A stretch of 64,000 nt of DNA from Thermoprotei archaeon. GTDB taxonomy: Archaea > Thermoproteota > Thermoprotei > Thermoproteales > B15-G16. The notes below the pieces were generated by a model. The model made no database searches. It had not been told where the DNA came from and saw nothing but the letters and a program-made list of their open reading frames with translations. The position numbers were made by a program, and so were the translations under genes. Location: the NCBI GenBank assembly GCA_003649205.1, contig QMRC01000002.1, forward strand, positions 20,770 to 84,769, given 5' to 3'. Below are positions 18,982-28,705 of the stretch, piece after piece (within the stretch, counting starts at the first letter, position 1; each line of letters starts with the position of its first letter).

Positions 18982-20163
18982 ATGGTAGATTACACACCAT
19001 TACTTGAGGTACTGTTGCTGATTGTACTAGCTAAGGTTCTTGGAGAGGTATTTAGTAGAATTTCCCTCCCTCGTGTCATAGGTGAATTACTTGCAGGTAT
19101 CATATTAGGTCCATCAATTCTCGCTGTGGTCGCTCCGACTGAGGAGCTTGAGATCCTATCAACTATTGGTGTAGTATTCTTCATGTTGTCAGCTGGTTTA
19201 GAGATTGACCTAGAGAGATTAATGAAGCACTTTAGGGAAGGACTCTTGGTTGCTGTATTTGGCGTAGCGGTACCTTTCTTACTCGGATTTATACTAGGTT
19301 ACCTCTACGGTTACGGACTTGTAACATCGTTTTGTCTAGGTACGTGTTTATCAATAACAGCTATTGGTCTTAGCATACGTACGCTAATGGACTTGAACAT
19401 GCTGAATACGAGAGTTGGACTAACTATTGTAAATGCTGCTGTTGACGATGATGTCATTGGTCTCGTGCTGATGTCCATAGCTACTGCTCTAGCTATTGAG
19501 GAGGAAGCTGTGAGCTACCATAGGGTAGTTACGTCAGCAATTACTGCTGTCGCTTTCATAATCGCTAGCTTCATGATCGTACACTACCTAGGTACTAGAC
19601 TACGCTCAGTAGTTTCACGATACTTCAGGGCAACCAGCTCGAAGCTAGTACTAGCAATATCGCTAGCCCTACTCTTTGGTCTAGTAGCTAGAGCATCCTC
19701 ACTTCACGAAATTATTGGGGTCTTCATTGCCGGTATGTTGCTTAGGAATGTACTTGGGAAGGAAGTTGAGAAAGAGATACTTGATTTTACCTTAGCTTTC
19801 TTCGCACTTCTCTTCTTCTCGTACATTGGTGTGAAGACAGACATTGGGTCTATCCTAGAGATCACTGAAGTAGCTATAGCCTTGATAGCGTTTGCATTCA
19901 TAGGGAAGATCATAGGCGGTGTTATTGGTGGTACTCTCTCAGGTCTATCGCTTCCTGAAGCTTTAGTAGTTGGTATTGCTATGAACTCACGAGCTGCTGT
20001 TGAGCTAGCTATAGCTAATATGCTGTATACTGTCGGTGTACTGTCACTAGAGCTCTTCTCAGCAATAGTGTTAATGGCAGCAGTAACGTCAATAGCCACG
20101 CCTTTGATGCTAAAGTTCACTACCACACTGCTGTGGGATAAGTTAAGTAGAGTTCGGTGTTGA
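18982..20163 (+). CDS. Monovalent cation:proton antiporter (CPA2, Kef/NapA-like)
   Basis: 393 aa with ~12 TM helices. N-terminal LGEVFSRISLPRVIGELLAGIILGPS is typical of Na+/H+ exchanger family proteins. Confidence 0.85.
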   Translation: MVDYTPLLEVLLLIVLAKVLGEVFSRISLPRVIGELLAGIILGPSILAVVAPTEELEILSTIGVVFFMLSAGLEIDLERLMKHFREGLLVAVFGVAVPFLLGFILGYLYGYGLVTSFCLGTCLSITAIGLSIRTLMDLNMLNTRVGLTIVNAAVDDDVIGLVLMSIATALAIEEEAVSYHRVVTSAITAVAFIIASFMIVHYLGTRLRSVVSRYFRATSSKLVLAISLALLFGLVARASSLHEIIGVFIAGMLLRNVLGKEVEKEILDFTLAFFALLFFSYIGVKTDIGSILEITEVAIALIAFAFIGKIIGGVIGGTLSGLSLPEALVVGIAMNSRAAVELAIANMLYTVGVLSLELFSAIVLMAAVTSIATPLMLKFTTTLLWDKLSRVRC

Positions 20164-20182
20164 GGAGGTTCCAGGAGGGATT

Positions 20183-20261
20183 TGGTGCGGCCGCCGGGAT
20201 TTGAACCCGGGCTCACTGGCTCGGAAGGCCAGCATCCTAGACCAGGCTAGACGACGGCCGC
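20183..20261 (-). tRNA. tRNA-Gly: tRNA-Gly (anticodon UCC), CCA encoded
   Basis: The reverse complement reads GCGGCCG-TC-GTCT-AGCCTGGTCTA-GGAT-G-CTGGC-CTTCCGA-GCCAG-TGAG-CCCGG-GTTCAAAT-CCCGG-CGGCCGC-A-CCA, a full cloverleaf. Confidence 0.93.
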
Positions 20262-20371
20262 TTGTAGTCGTGTAGTTTTGTGTTGTGTGGTGTTTATAGA
20301 TTTTTCACCGTCTTCCTCCCTTGCTACTTGGGGTTAATCTTTTCTGTGAGTTATTTTGCTGGTGTGTAGAG

Positions 20372-21088
20372 GTGTGTTATGTGGTTTGTGCTGTTGTATT
20401 TGATGTGTGGGGTACTCTCTTGAAAACTCGTGTATTTCTTGAGCGTATTGCTCGTGAGCTGTGCTCTCTTCTCGGTAATGATGACGTTGATTCGTTGTTG
20501 GGTAAGTTGTTGGAGGTTCATGAGTTGTGTAAGATTGCTAGGAGGAGAGGAGCTTTTCGTGAGGATTGGATTGTTGAAGATGCTATTAACTTTGTTGTGG
20601 AGAGACTTGGTATTAGTGCTGAGTTGCTTAGGAGGGCTATTGCTAGGGCTGTGTTGTCTGTCTCTTGTGAGGAGTTGATCATTGATGGTGTTCCTGAGGT
20701 TCTTGAGGAGGTTTCTAGTCTTGGTTTGAAAGTTGGTTTGCTCAGTAATGTTCTGTATTGGCCAGGGAGCTACACTAGGCTTGTTCTTGAGCGCTGTGGT
20801 TTAGGTAGGTACTTTGAGGTTCAGCTGTATGCTGATGAGATTAGGTGTCTGAAACCTAAGCGAGAAGCCTTTACCAAGGTTGCACAGGTTCTTGGAGTTG
20901 AGGTAGAAGACATGATCTACGTCGGTGATAGCGTTGTTGAGGATGCTGTTGGCGCTCTCCTGTCTGGTGCTAGAGCTATCTTACTCTCAAGAGATGTCAG
21001 GGATGTTGTGAACATAGGTAACCTAATGTACATAGCTCCTCACGTTAAGTTCGTACCCTCTATAGTTCGAACAATTGTAAGTAAGTAG
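20372..21088 (+). CDS. HAD-superfamily hydrolase (haloacid-dehalogenase-like subfamily)
   Basis: Motif I VVFDVWGTLL (D-x-[YW]-G-T-L type) and motif IV VGDSVVEDAVGA. The TATA-like TTTATAGA at 20293-20300 argues against the TTG 20321 start. GTG 20372 or 20381 is more likely. Confidence 0.7.
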   Translation: MCYVVCAVVFDVWGTLLKTRVFLERIARELCSLLGNDDVDSLLGKLLEVHELCKIARRRGAFREDWIVEDAINFVVERLGISAELLRRAIARAVLSVSCEELIIDGVPEVLEEVSSLGLKVGLLSNVLYWPGSYTRLVLERCGLGRYFEVQLYADEIRCLKPKREAFTKVAQVLGVEVEDMIYVGDSVVEDAVGALLSGARAILLSRDVRDVVNIGNLMYIAPHVKFVPSIVRTIVSK

Positions 21089-21105
21089 TTTCCTCTTAGT
21101 TTCCT

Positions 21106-21558
21106 CTAGGGTGTTAGCAGTGGTCTATATCTCCCATCTTTATCCTGGTACAGGTAGCCAGCTAGGGCTAGAACCCTGATGACATTTTGCTCCTTTTCAG
21201 GTAGTGACCTCAGCTCGTCTTCACTTAGTGGGTTTTGACTTAGCTTCTGCAGCACTCTATTCAGTAGCTCAGTACTCACGATGTAGGCTTGCTCACCTAC
21301 ACGAACTACCCTGATAATTCCCTGCCTCTCTCGCTCAATTATCTGCGAGTACGTGGTTAGTTGACGCTCAATAGCTTCTCTCACAGTAACTACACCAACC
21401 CTATCGAGTACCTCCATCAAGGGATCCGTAACTTCAGTAGTCACTATTCTCTCTACGAGCTTAAGCCCAGACTCAGGAAGTTGTTTAGTTCTCTTCCTCC
21501 TCACCTCAATTAACTTCAGTACCAACTCAACTAATCTAACTAGTTCCTTCTCACTCAA
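21106..21558 (-). CDS. Hypothetical protein, possibly winged-helix
   Basis: 150-aa ORF overlapping the upstream HD-domain gene by 8 nt, so the two are probably co-transcribed. Confidence 0.45.
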   Translation of the reverse strand: MSEKELVRLVELVLKLIEVRRKRTKQLPESGLKLVERIVTTEVTDPLMEVLDRVGVVTVREAIERQLTTYSQIIERERQGIIRVVRVGEQAYIVSTELLNRVLQKLSQNPLSEDELRSLPEKEQNVIRVLALAGYLYQDKDGRYRPLLTP

Positions 21559-22342
21559 AACTGATAACCCTCCACTCCTGTCCTCTTAAGTACATTATCA
21601 CCTCTATGAAGTTTCCTATACCTGATGTCTTGATCTTACTACCCAACACCTTCTCTACCTGAAAGAGCCCAGCCTCATTATCCATATCGACAACTATAGC
21701 TATTGGCTTGTTACCACCTCTAACTATATCAACTCTCTTAATAGCAATTGCTGAGACCGCATGAATATCGACCTTACCTGTCCTGTAGGGTACTCTAGCT
21801 CTACCTTCAGCCATGTCAGTACCATCAGCAACCTTCACTACACCAGCCTCCAAGCTTAAGCACTGAACCTCTTCATCATGTGAGTATATCGTGTGTAGGA
21901 TCTCTTGCTTTACCATGTACATCTTCTTCCTCTCACTACCGTAAACCTTCCTCAGCAATCTCCTAAGTACTCTATCAGCTAGGTAGTACCCATGTATTGC
22001 ATGTCCATCCCTATGAACTGAGTTCCCTATGTCGTGCAGGTAAGCACCACAAAGCACAACTAATTTAGCATCTTCTAGATCACCTATACCATCCTTAACT
22101 ACATTTGGTACAGCATAGTTTCCACTAACTAGTATGTTCAACATCTCAAGCGCACTACCAGCAACAATTCTAGAATGTGTAACACCGTGATCATTGTATC
22201 GAAGTCTACTCACCGCCATAACATTAGCCATCTTCAAGTAGGCTTGTACTTCAGGATCCTTCTCAAGTAGGTAGTACATCTTCTCAAGCTTGGGACTGTG
22301 CTTGATATGATGCATCACTAGCTCTGGAGATACCCTCACCAT
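21551..22342 (-). CDS. HD-domain phosphohydrolase
   Basis: HGVTHSRIVAG ... GAYLHDIGNSVHRDGH is a canonical HD motif context. Confidence 0.75.
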   Translation of the reverse strand: MVRVSPELVMHHIKHSPKLEKMYYLLEKDPEVQAYLKMANVMAVSRLRYNDHGVTHSRIVAGSALEMLNILVSGNYAVPNVVKDGIGDLEDAKLVVLCGAYLHDIGNSVHRDGHAIHGYYLADRVLRRLLRKVYGSERKKMYMVKQEILHTIYSHDEEVQCLSLEAGVVKVADGTDMAEGRARVPYRTGKVDIHAVSAIAIKRVDIVRGGNKPIAIVVDMDNEAGLFQVEKVLGSKIKTSGIGNFIEVIMYLRGQEWRVISFE

Positions 22343-22412
22343 GGCAAATCACCGTCAGCACATCAAGAAAATGTCGAGGAACCTTAAAAAGCCTCTACTC
22401 GTATCCTACTAG

Positions 22413-22463
22413 GTGATGAGCCGGGTTTCAGATCAGATCTGTGAAGAGCACACCCTTAACTGA
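22413..22463 (+). ncRNA. C/D box sRNA candidate
   Basis: GTGATGA-GCCGGGTTTCAG-ATCA-GATCT-GTGAAGA-GCACACCCTTAA-CTGA. Confidence 0.6.
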
Positions 22464-22511
22464 TCAGCAATCCTATAACTCTTCATCAATCAAGGCCGAG
22501 GGTTTCATCAC
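22464..22511 (-). ncRNA. C/D box sRNA candidate
   Basis: The minus strand reads GTGATGA-AACCCTCGGCCT-TGAT-TG-ATGAAGA-GTTATAGGATTG-CTGA. Its D box abuts the D box of the + strand sRNA, forming the palindrome CTGATCAG. Confidence 0.6.
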
Positions 22512-22559
22512 CCAGCTAAACCTCGTAGATACGGTATTTAAGGATTGACGACTACTAAT

Positions 22560-22610
22560 TCAGCCTGGTGTCAGCTCTTCATCGGTAATCCGGTCTGGGG
22601 TACTCATCAC
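22560..22610 (-). ncRNA. C/D box sRNA candidate
   Basis: The minus strand reads GTGATGA-GTACCCCAGACC-GGAT-TACCG-ATGAAGA-GCTGACACCAGG-CTGA. Confidence 0.65.
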
Positions 22611-22781
22611 CTAAATTAGTCGGTGTTCCACAACCTATGAACTTTACTACCGTGATAACTAGACATACAAAAATCCACACATGGCGTTTAGTATATCTCG
22701 GAGTACCTCAAGACCCCCACTTAGGCGATGACCGGCCGATGGCTGGCTGATAGATGAAGATTTGGGTAAGCTAGGGGAGCC

Positions 22782-24359
22782 TCATCTACGAATTAGCAAC
22801 CACACTAGGTTGAGCAGTATTCTAGGTGATGGTACATTCACGTCAACTTTTGAAGCCTCCTCAATAAGCTTCTCTGGATTGCTCCTAATTAACTGAACTA
22901 CATCCTTCATTGTTTTCAAGCCTAGATTTATGAAGCGCTCAACTAGTTTACGTGCTACCCCACTACTTAATCTATCTAGGAGTCTAGGTAGTATCCAGTT
23001 TGTGAATGAGATATCGTGCTCGATGCACCTAGCAAGTAATTCCCAGTGGGTATCTGTGAAGAAGTTTAATGTGAAGAACTTCTCACGCTCCAATCTCGAA
23101 AGACCCATTGGGACCATGAGTAGTGGGAATAACCAACATTTAGTGCCTTTCAGTTCATCAACTAGCTCCACTGTAGCAACTACATCACTTTCCTCTTCAC
23201 CTGGAAGACCAAGGATCATTGTATAGCAGGGGTACCAGCAGTTATCATTCATTATCTTCGTAGCCTCTACACACATCCAGGGCCAATCATCAGGAGTCCA
23301 GGGCCTTGGCTTACCACCCATGTGAATACTAATTAGTTTGGGGCTACCTGTCTCAATACCTACCTGAGGTATGTATGGTTTATCCTCACTATACTCCCAA
23401 ACCTCAGTAATGTACTTGACTAGGTTCGGTGCCTGTAGAATGCTTGAGATAGATACGTGACAGAAACCTACATTCCTAGTTAACTTAGCAATAGAGTCAA
23501 CTAACCTCTTAACAGCATCCACATTCACTCTTATGCCGTTAGCACCATAGAGGAAACCGTCTTCAGTAACTAAGCCTATACCTCTGATACCAGCCCGTAC
23601 ATTAACCTCGACTTCCCTCAGTATCTGAGGAAGTGGTATAGATCTAAAGTCGAACATTGTTGGGTTACAGAAAGCACACCTCCTCGGACATCCCCTAGTA
23701 ATCTGCACAAGTCCATTCCTCGAAGGACCTCTTATTGTAGGGATCTTATCTACAGGTACTGTAGGAGCATAGAATTCACCAGAGATCTCCTCACCACTCA
23801 GCACCTTCTTGCAGATTTCAGGAAATAGGAGTTCACCTTCACCATGAATTAGAGCATCGATACCTATCTTCGTGTATACTTCTTTCAATTGCCATGTGCC
23901 TGGACCGCCGACAATGATCTTAAATCTGTACCTATGCTTAAGCTTTCTCAGCTTATTCATGAGCTTCATGAAGAGGTACTGTGTGCAGGTTTCCCCACCA
24001 CCTGCTAGTGAAGCTAAGGTGTATGATACTGGAGCCTTCCCTAGTGGATCAAGTACGTGAACACCTACTACCTCAGTATCGTCGGTAATTACCTTGTGAA
24101 GGTACTCAGGAGTTGTAATAATTACCTCGCTCTCCTTAAAACCAGCTGCTAAAAGGGCTGCCTCTATCTTGCGTAGAGGATATGGTGGAGTTAGTGCTCT
24201 ATACTCTTCATCGACCTTTAGCTTAGGCGCGAGAACATTGTACATCACTGGTCTAGGTACTAATCTATGTGGTAAACAGAGAAGGAAACCAAGCCAATCA
24301 GCACCGCTGTAGTCTGTCATTGTTGCTCTATCTGATGTTAGCACAATAGTGTAGCCCAT
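22782..24359 (-). CDS. B12-binding-domain radical SAM protein (class B-like)
   Basis: 525 aa. A Rossmann-like N-terminal half is followed by the radical SAM cluster motif RGCPRRCAFCN. Confidence 0.75.
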   Translation of the reverse strand: MGYTIVLTSDRATMTDYSGADWLGFLLCLPHRLVPRPVMYNVLAPKLKVDEEYRALTPPYPLRKIEAALLAAGFKESEVIITTPEYLHKVITDDTEVVGVHVLDPLGKAPVSYTLASLAGGGETCTQYLFMKLMNKLRKLKHRYRFKIIVGGPGTWQLKEVYTKIGIDALIHGEGELLFPEICKKVLSGEEISGEFYAPTVPVDKIPTIRGPSRNGLVQITRGCPRRCAFCNPTMFDFRSIPLPQILREVEVNVRAGIRGIGLVTEDGFLYGANGIRVNVDAVKRLVDSIAKLTRNVGFCHVSISSILQAPNLVKYITEVWEYSEDKPYIPQVGIETGSPKLISIHMGGKPRPWTPDDWPWMCVEATKIMNDNCWYPCYTMILGLPGEEESDVVATVELVDELKGTKCWLFPLLMVPMGLSRLEREKFFTLNFFTDTHWELLARCIEHDISFTNWILPRLLDRLSSGVARKLVERFINLGLKTMKDVVQLIRSNPEKLIEEASKVDVNVPSPRILLNLVWLLIRR

Positions 24360-24430
24360 ATTTACCCCCTATATTCAGTCTCTGAATATAGAGAAGCAGG
24401 AACAGACTATTTCAATTTTCTGTGAAAGAA

Positions 24431-24479
24431 TCAGCATCAGAGGCGTTCTTCACCTATCAGTCAAAAGCAAGTTCATCAC
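24431..24479 (-). ncRNA. C/D box sRNA (best example in the window)
   Basis: The minus strand reads GTGATGA-ACTTGCTTTTGA-CTGA-TAG-GTGAAGA-ACGCCTCTGATG-CTGA. All four boxes are canonical or near-canonical and both guides are exactly 12 nt. Total length 49 nt. Confidence 0.8.
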
Positions 24480-24567
24480 TACTATAGAACTACAGACGTA
24501 GTATTCACCTAATACGTTTACTCTCGAGCTGTTCACTACTTTACTTAAGTGTGTTACTTATCACCTG

Positions 24568-25179
24568 ATGAGACCTACATGGGATGAGTACTTCATGTTA
24601 GTTGCACATCTCGTGAAACTCAGGTCAACGTGTATTAGACGTAGGGTAGGTGCTGTGTTGGTTAAAGGAACTAGAATTGTGGCGACAGGTTACAATGGCG
24701 TTCCAGTAAAGTTCAGACACTGTACCGATGTTGGTTGTCTTCGTGAGGTGTTGAAGATACCTAGTGGACTATGTCATGAACTATGTCGTGGATTACATGC
24801 TGAGATGAATGCTATAATTCAAGCTGCAGTCTTCGGTGTCTCTACGGTCGGGTGTAAGCTCTACGTAACCACGTACCCATGCACTATGTGTGCTAAGATG
24901 ATTGCTAATGCAGGTATTAGTGAGGTAATATACGACAGTGATTACGAGGATGAGCTAGCGAAGAGTATTTTCGATGAGGCAGGTATCGTAGTTAGGAGGT
25001 TTGTATTGAGAGGTGAGTTGATGAGGATTGTTAAGGCATTAGAATCTCTCTACAGGGTACCGGAGGTAGCGCCTTCCCCTGAAGTTATTGAGCTAGCTAA
25101 GAAGCTCCTTCCAGAGTACAGAAAGCTCTGTTCACTACTTTCGAACACACCTCTACTAGACCTTAGATCTGAAAACTGA
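24568..25179 (+). CDS. dCMP/CMP deaminase (ComEB-like zinc deaminase)
   Basis: Zinc-binding motifs HAEMNAI and PCTMCAKMI, plus the N-terminal WDEYFM typical of dCMP deaminases. Confidence 0.9.
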   Translation: MRPTWDEYFMLVAHLVKLRSTCIRRRVGAVLVKGTRIVATGYNGVPVKFRHCTDVGCLREVLKIPSGLCHELCRGLHAEMNAIIQAAVFGVSTVGCKLYVTTYPCTMCAKMIANAGISEVIYDSDYEDELAKSIFDEAGIVVRRFVLRGELMRIVKALESLYRVPEVAPSPEVIELAKKLLPEYRKLCSLLSNTPLLDLRSEN

Positions 25180-25218
25180 TTTTAGATACCTAGGTTATCT
25201 ACAAGGAACGGTGTCTTT

Positions 25219-26922
25219 GTGGTTCATGAGGTAAAGTTCACTATTGCATCTAGAGAGATAGAGATTGGTGGTCCAGAACCTGAACTTAGACCAGGTGAGA
25301 AGCTAGTTAGGAGAACTGCATCTCTATGTCCTGAGTGCTATAGGATACTACCAGCAATAGTACTGGAGAGGGATGGTGCTATATGGATTAGAAGAGTGTG
25401 CCCCAAGCATGGTGAAATCGAGGAAATTTACTGGTCTGATGCTGAACTGTACCATCGTGCTATGGAATGGGAGATCAAGGGATTGGGTATAGATAACCCA
25501 CAGGTAGACCTTAAGTACCCATGTCCATTTAACTGTGGTCTCTGTTCACTTCACACAACCTGTACAGCATTAGCAAACATAGTTGTGACAAATAGATGTG
25601 ACCTAAGTTGCTGGTACTGCTTCTTCTACGCTGAGAAAGCAGGTTTCGTATATGAGCCAACGCTCGAGCAGATTGAGTACATGCTCAAGGTAGCTAGGGA
25701 CTTGAGACCAATACCTGTTCCAGCCATACAGCTAACGGGTGGAGAACCAACACTGAGAGATGACCTAGTAGAGATCGTACGTATAGCTAAGAGACTAGGT
25801 GTAAGACATGTACAGCTCAATACAAACGGTATTCGACTAGCTTTTGATCTAGATTATCTAAGGAAGTTGAGAAGTGAAGGAGTTAATACACTCTACCTGA
25901 GCTTCGATGGTGTTACACCAGAAACCAATCCAAAGAATCACTGGGAAATACCCTACCTCTTTGAGAACTGTAGAGCAGCAAGAATGACCAGTGTGGTTCT
26001 GGTACCTACAGTGATTAAGGGATACAACGATCATGAACTTGGTGCAATACTGAAGTTTGCTGCAATGAACATTGATATAGTTAGAGGAGTGAACTATCAA
26101 CCAGTTTCACTCACAGGTAGAATGCCTAGACATGAACGTGAGAAGTTCAGAATCACTATTCCCGATGTGATAAGGAAGATTGAAGAGCAAACAGAGGGAC
26201 AAATAGCTAGAGAAGATTGGTACCCAACACCAAGTGTAGTACCACTTGCTAGATTCCTATCACTAATCTCAGGTAAGTGGTACATTGAGTTCACAAATCA
26301 CCCAGCATGTGGTATGGCGACGTACGTCTATGTAGAGAAGAGAGGTGAGAAACTAGAGGATACGAAGATGATACCGATTACGAGGTTCATTGATGCAGAG
26401 GGATTTCTAGAGTATCTAAGAGAGAAGATACCTGAAGTGTACGAAGCTGGGAAGTTCACGAAGTATATTAAGGCTATAGATGCACTACTGAAACTACTCA
26501 CCAAGTTCATTGATGTCAACAAAGTACCAAAAGATCTTAACCTAAGAAAAATCTTAACTAAGATATTTATAAAGAGAAACTACAAGGCACTAGGAGAATT
26601 CCACTACAAGTTACTATTCATAGGTATGATGCACTTCATGGACCTCTACAACTACGACATTGATAGAGTGAGAAGATGCTGTATACACTACCTAGTTCCA
26701 GACGGTAGAATAATACCATTCTGTACATTTAACGTACTATCAGACATATACCGCGACTACATACAGGAGAAATACAAAGTACCACTCGATGAATGGGTAA
26801 AGATCAAGGGCTCACACACAGTAGGTCCAGCAATTAAGTACAGGAGAAATGTAGAGAAGCTAGTGAGAGGAGAAGCGTACAGGAAGCATTACGAGGAAAT
26901 ACTCAAACTGGTGAAAAGGTAG
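25219..26922 (+). CDS. Radical SAM enzyme, candidate MJ0619/Tes (tetraether lipid synthase, GDGT-MAS) family
   Basis: 567 aa. N-terminal Cys-rich module (CPECY...CPKHG, then PCPFNCGLCSLHTTC), radical SAM motif NRCDLSCWYCF and a long C-terminal extension. The family assignment is from memory of that architecture and has not been verified. Confidence 0.5.
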   Translation: MVHEVKFTIASREIEIGGPEPELRPGEKLVRRTASLCPECYRILPAIVLERDGAIWIRRVCPKHGEIEEIYWSDAELYHRAMEWEIKGLGIDNPQVDLKYPCPFNCGLCSLHTTCTALANIVVTNRCDLSCWYCFFYAEKAGFVYEPTLEQIEYMLKVARDLRPIPVPAIQLTGGEPTLRDDLVEIVRIAKRLGVRHVQLNTNGIRLAFDLDYLRKLRSEGVNTLYLSFDGVTPETNPKNHWEIPYLFENCRAARMTSVVLVPTVIKGYNDHELGAILKFAAMNIDIVRGVNYQPVSLTGRMPRHEREKFRITIPDVIRKIEEQTEGQIAREDWYPTPSVVPLARFLSLISGKWYIEFTNHPACGMATYVYVEKRGEKLEDTKMIPITRFIDAEGFLEYLREKIPEVYEAGKFTKYIKAIDALLKLLTKFIDVNKVPKDLNLRKILTKIFIKRNYKALGEFHYKLLFIGMMHFMDLYNYDIDRVRRCCIHYLVPDGRIIPFCTFNVLSDIYRDYIQEKYKVPLDEWVKIKGSHTVGPAIKYRRNVEKLVRGEAYRKHYEEILKLVKR

Positions 26923-26925
26923 TGA

Positions 26926-27552
26926 ATGAAGATCAAAATCATAACTCACTGCAGCAAGAGGAAAAGGTACACGCTAAGCAATAGTGGAATCACACCAACA
27001 CTAGATCTAGCAAAGGAAATTGAGTACAGGACACTACTGAAACACCTCGTACTACCTGCTATCGAAATGTATACGGGACCACACGTGAAGGTACTTAGAG
27101 GACTTAAGAACAAGCTAGAGAACTTAGGTCACGACTGTGAGATCTACTTCGTATCAGCGAGATACGGCTTAATCAACTCTACTCAACACATTATACCCTA
27201 TGAAGCACATCTGAAACAAGTCAAGGACCTACGTACATGGATTGAGGAGAGAAATGTAAGAAGTAAGTTGAGAGCAGTACTCCATCGATGTAACGTGCTA
27301 GTAATCGCTCTAACGAGTACATACCTCAAGGTACTACAGCAGTGTAGTGATGTACTTGCCAGCAATACACCTCCACACATTTGGCTCATCGCGCCTCAGA
27401 GCTGGATCAAGACATTTGAGAACCTAGTCCCCAAGTCCTCCCTAAAGAGGGTATACACCTTCAAAACATACGGTCAATTCCTAAAATGCCTGAAGCTCAT
27501 GTGTGATGAGTTGATTAACGAACTAAGGAAAGCCCCTAACCGTACGCCTTAG
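26926..27552 (+). CDS. Hypothetical protein co-transcribed with the radical SAM gene
   Basis: 208-aa ORF starting 3 nt after the upstream stop. No recognised motif. Confidence 0.45.
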   Translation: MKIKIITHCSKRKRYTLSNSGITPTLDLAKEIEYRTLLKHLVLPAIEMYTGPHVKVLRGLKNKLENLGHDCEIYFVSARYGLINSTQHIIPYEAHLKQVKDLRTWIEERNVRSKLRAVLHRCNVLVIALTSTYLKVLQQCSDVLASNTPPHIWLIAPQSWIKTFENLVPKSSLKRVYTFKTYGQFLKCLKLMCDELINELRKAPNRTP

Positions 27553-27718
27553 AACGTGAGGGATTCTACGTAAGGTGCAACTCACATTCCGTGAACTTCA
27601 TAGAGAAACGTATTTCTACTCGAAACTCATCACTTCACATGCCCCGCTTACCTCACGCGGTTCTGAGACCTAGGTTTAGGGATGAAGATGAGGACCGACG
27701 GTCAGGCGGGGTACACAT

Positions 27719-28705
27719 TCATCCTCTCTTCAACCTATGGCTAACGACTTCATCCCTGAATACACCAATGAGAGGCTCCTTGAGTTCAGGACTTAAGAAT
27801 CCATGAAGCATACCTTCAGTATTAAATGCCACACCAATCCTACCTCTCACATCAACTACTATGACACCAGCAGTATTATCACCAAATAGCTTGGTCAACT
27901 CCTCAATAACTACCGTTGCTGCATCCTGTGGATGATAGCCTCTCCTCACCAGGTCACATACTCGATAGCATAGGCAGAACCTCATTATGTACTCCCCAAC
28001 GCCTGTTGCGGATGCAGCTGCACAAGAGTTATCAGCATAGAAACCCGCACCAGGTACCGCGCTATCACCAACGCGACCAGGTAACTTCAACCAGTAACCA
28101 CCTGTAGACACAGCTGCTGCTACATTACCACTCCTATCGAGAGCCACAGCACCAACAGTATCCTGTACAATACCGAGTAACTTAGCCAACTCAACATTCC
28201 TACGAAGCCAGGTAAAACCACGACCCTCAACCCACTCCCTCAAATACCTCTCAAATCGCTGAAGTCGATCTCCATCAATAACATGCTCCTGATACTGACC
28301 AAATACCTTCGCTAACCACTCAGCACCTGCACCAACAACAAGTACATGATCTGTACGCTCCATAACAGCTCGAGCAAGCTTAATTGGGTTTCTCACATTA
28401 CGGACAGCAGCAACAGCACCTACACTCAAATCGCGACCCCACATAACCCCAGCATCCATCTCTACCTCCCTCCTAAGATTGAGCGCAGAGCCACGACCAG
28501 CATTAAAGAGACCAGAATCCTCAAGACGAGCAACAGCCTCAACAACAGCATCTAATGCAGAACCACTCTTCAAAACCTCAAAACCCACCTCAATTGCTTC
28601 ACGAAGAACCCTCCTACACTCAAGCAACCTCTCCTTAGGAACCCTCCTCCATCTACCAGCACCACCATGAACCAAGATACAGGGCACAGAACCCATAGCA
28701 ATCAC
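27719..28705 (-). CDS. Isoaspartyl peptidase / L-asparaginase (Ntn-hydrolase, plant-type)
   Basis: VHGGAG, autoprocessing-site context DTVGAVALD, GRVGDS and GAGFYA. Confidence 0.9.
   Translation of the reverse strand: MIAMGSVPCILVHGGAGRWRRVPKERLLECRRVLREAIEVGFEVLKSGSALDAVVEAVARLEDSGLFNAGRGSALNLRREVEMDAGVMWGRDLSVGAVAAVRNVRNPIKLARAVMERTDHVLVVGAGAEWLAKVFGQYQEHVIDGDRLQRFERYLREWVEGRGFTWLRRNVELAKLLGIVQDTVGAVALDRSGNVAAAVSTGGYWLKLPGRVGDSAVPGAGFYADNSCAAASATGVGEYIMRFCLCYRVCDLVRRGYHPQDAATVVIEELTKLFGDNTAGVIVVDVRGRIGVAFNTEGMLHGFLSPELKEPLIGVFRDEVVSHRLKRG

Noticed and set aside
22724-22790. A fourth C/D-like unit, GCGATGA ... CTGA ... GATGAAGA, at the right edge of the sRNA cluster.
   Set aside because: The terminal D box is missing, the first spacer is 15 nt, and the 3' part runs into the stop region of the radical SAM gene.
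27553-27718. C/D-like boxes between convergent genes: GTGATGA + 12 nt ... ATGAAGT on the - strand, and GATGAAGA on the + strand.
   Set aside because: No CTGA D box is found at the required 12-nt spacing on either strand. At best this is a decayed sRNA.
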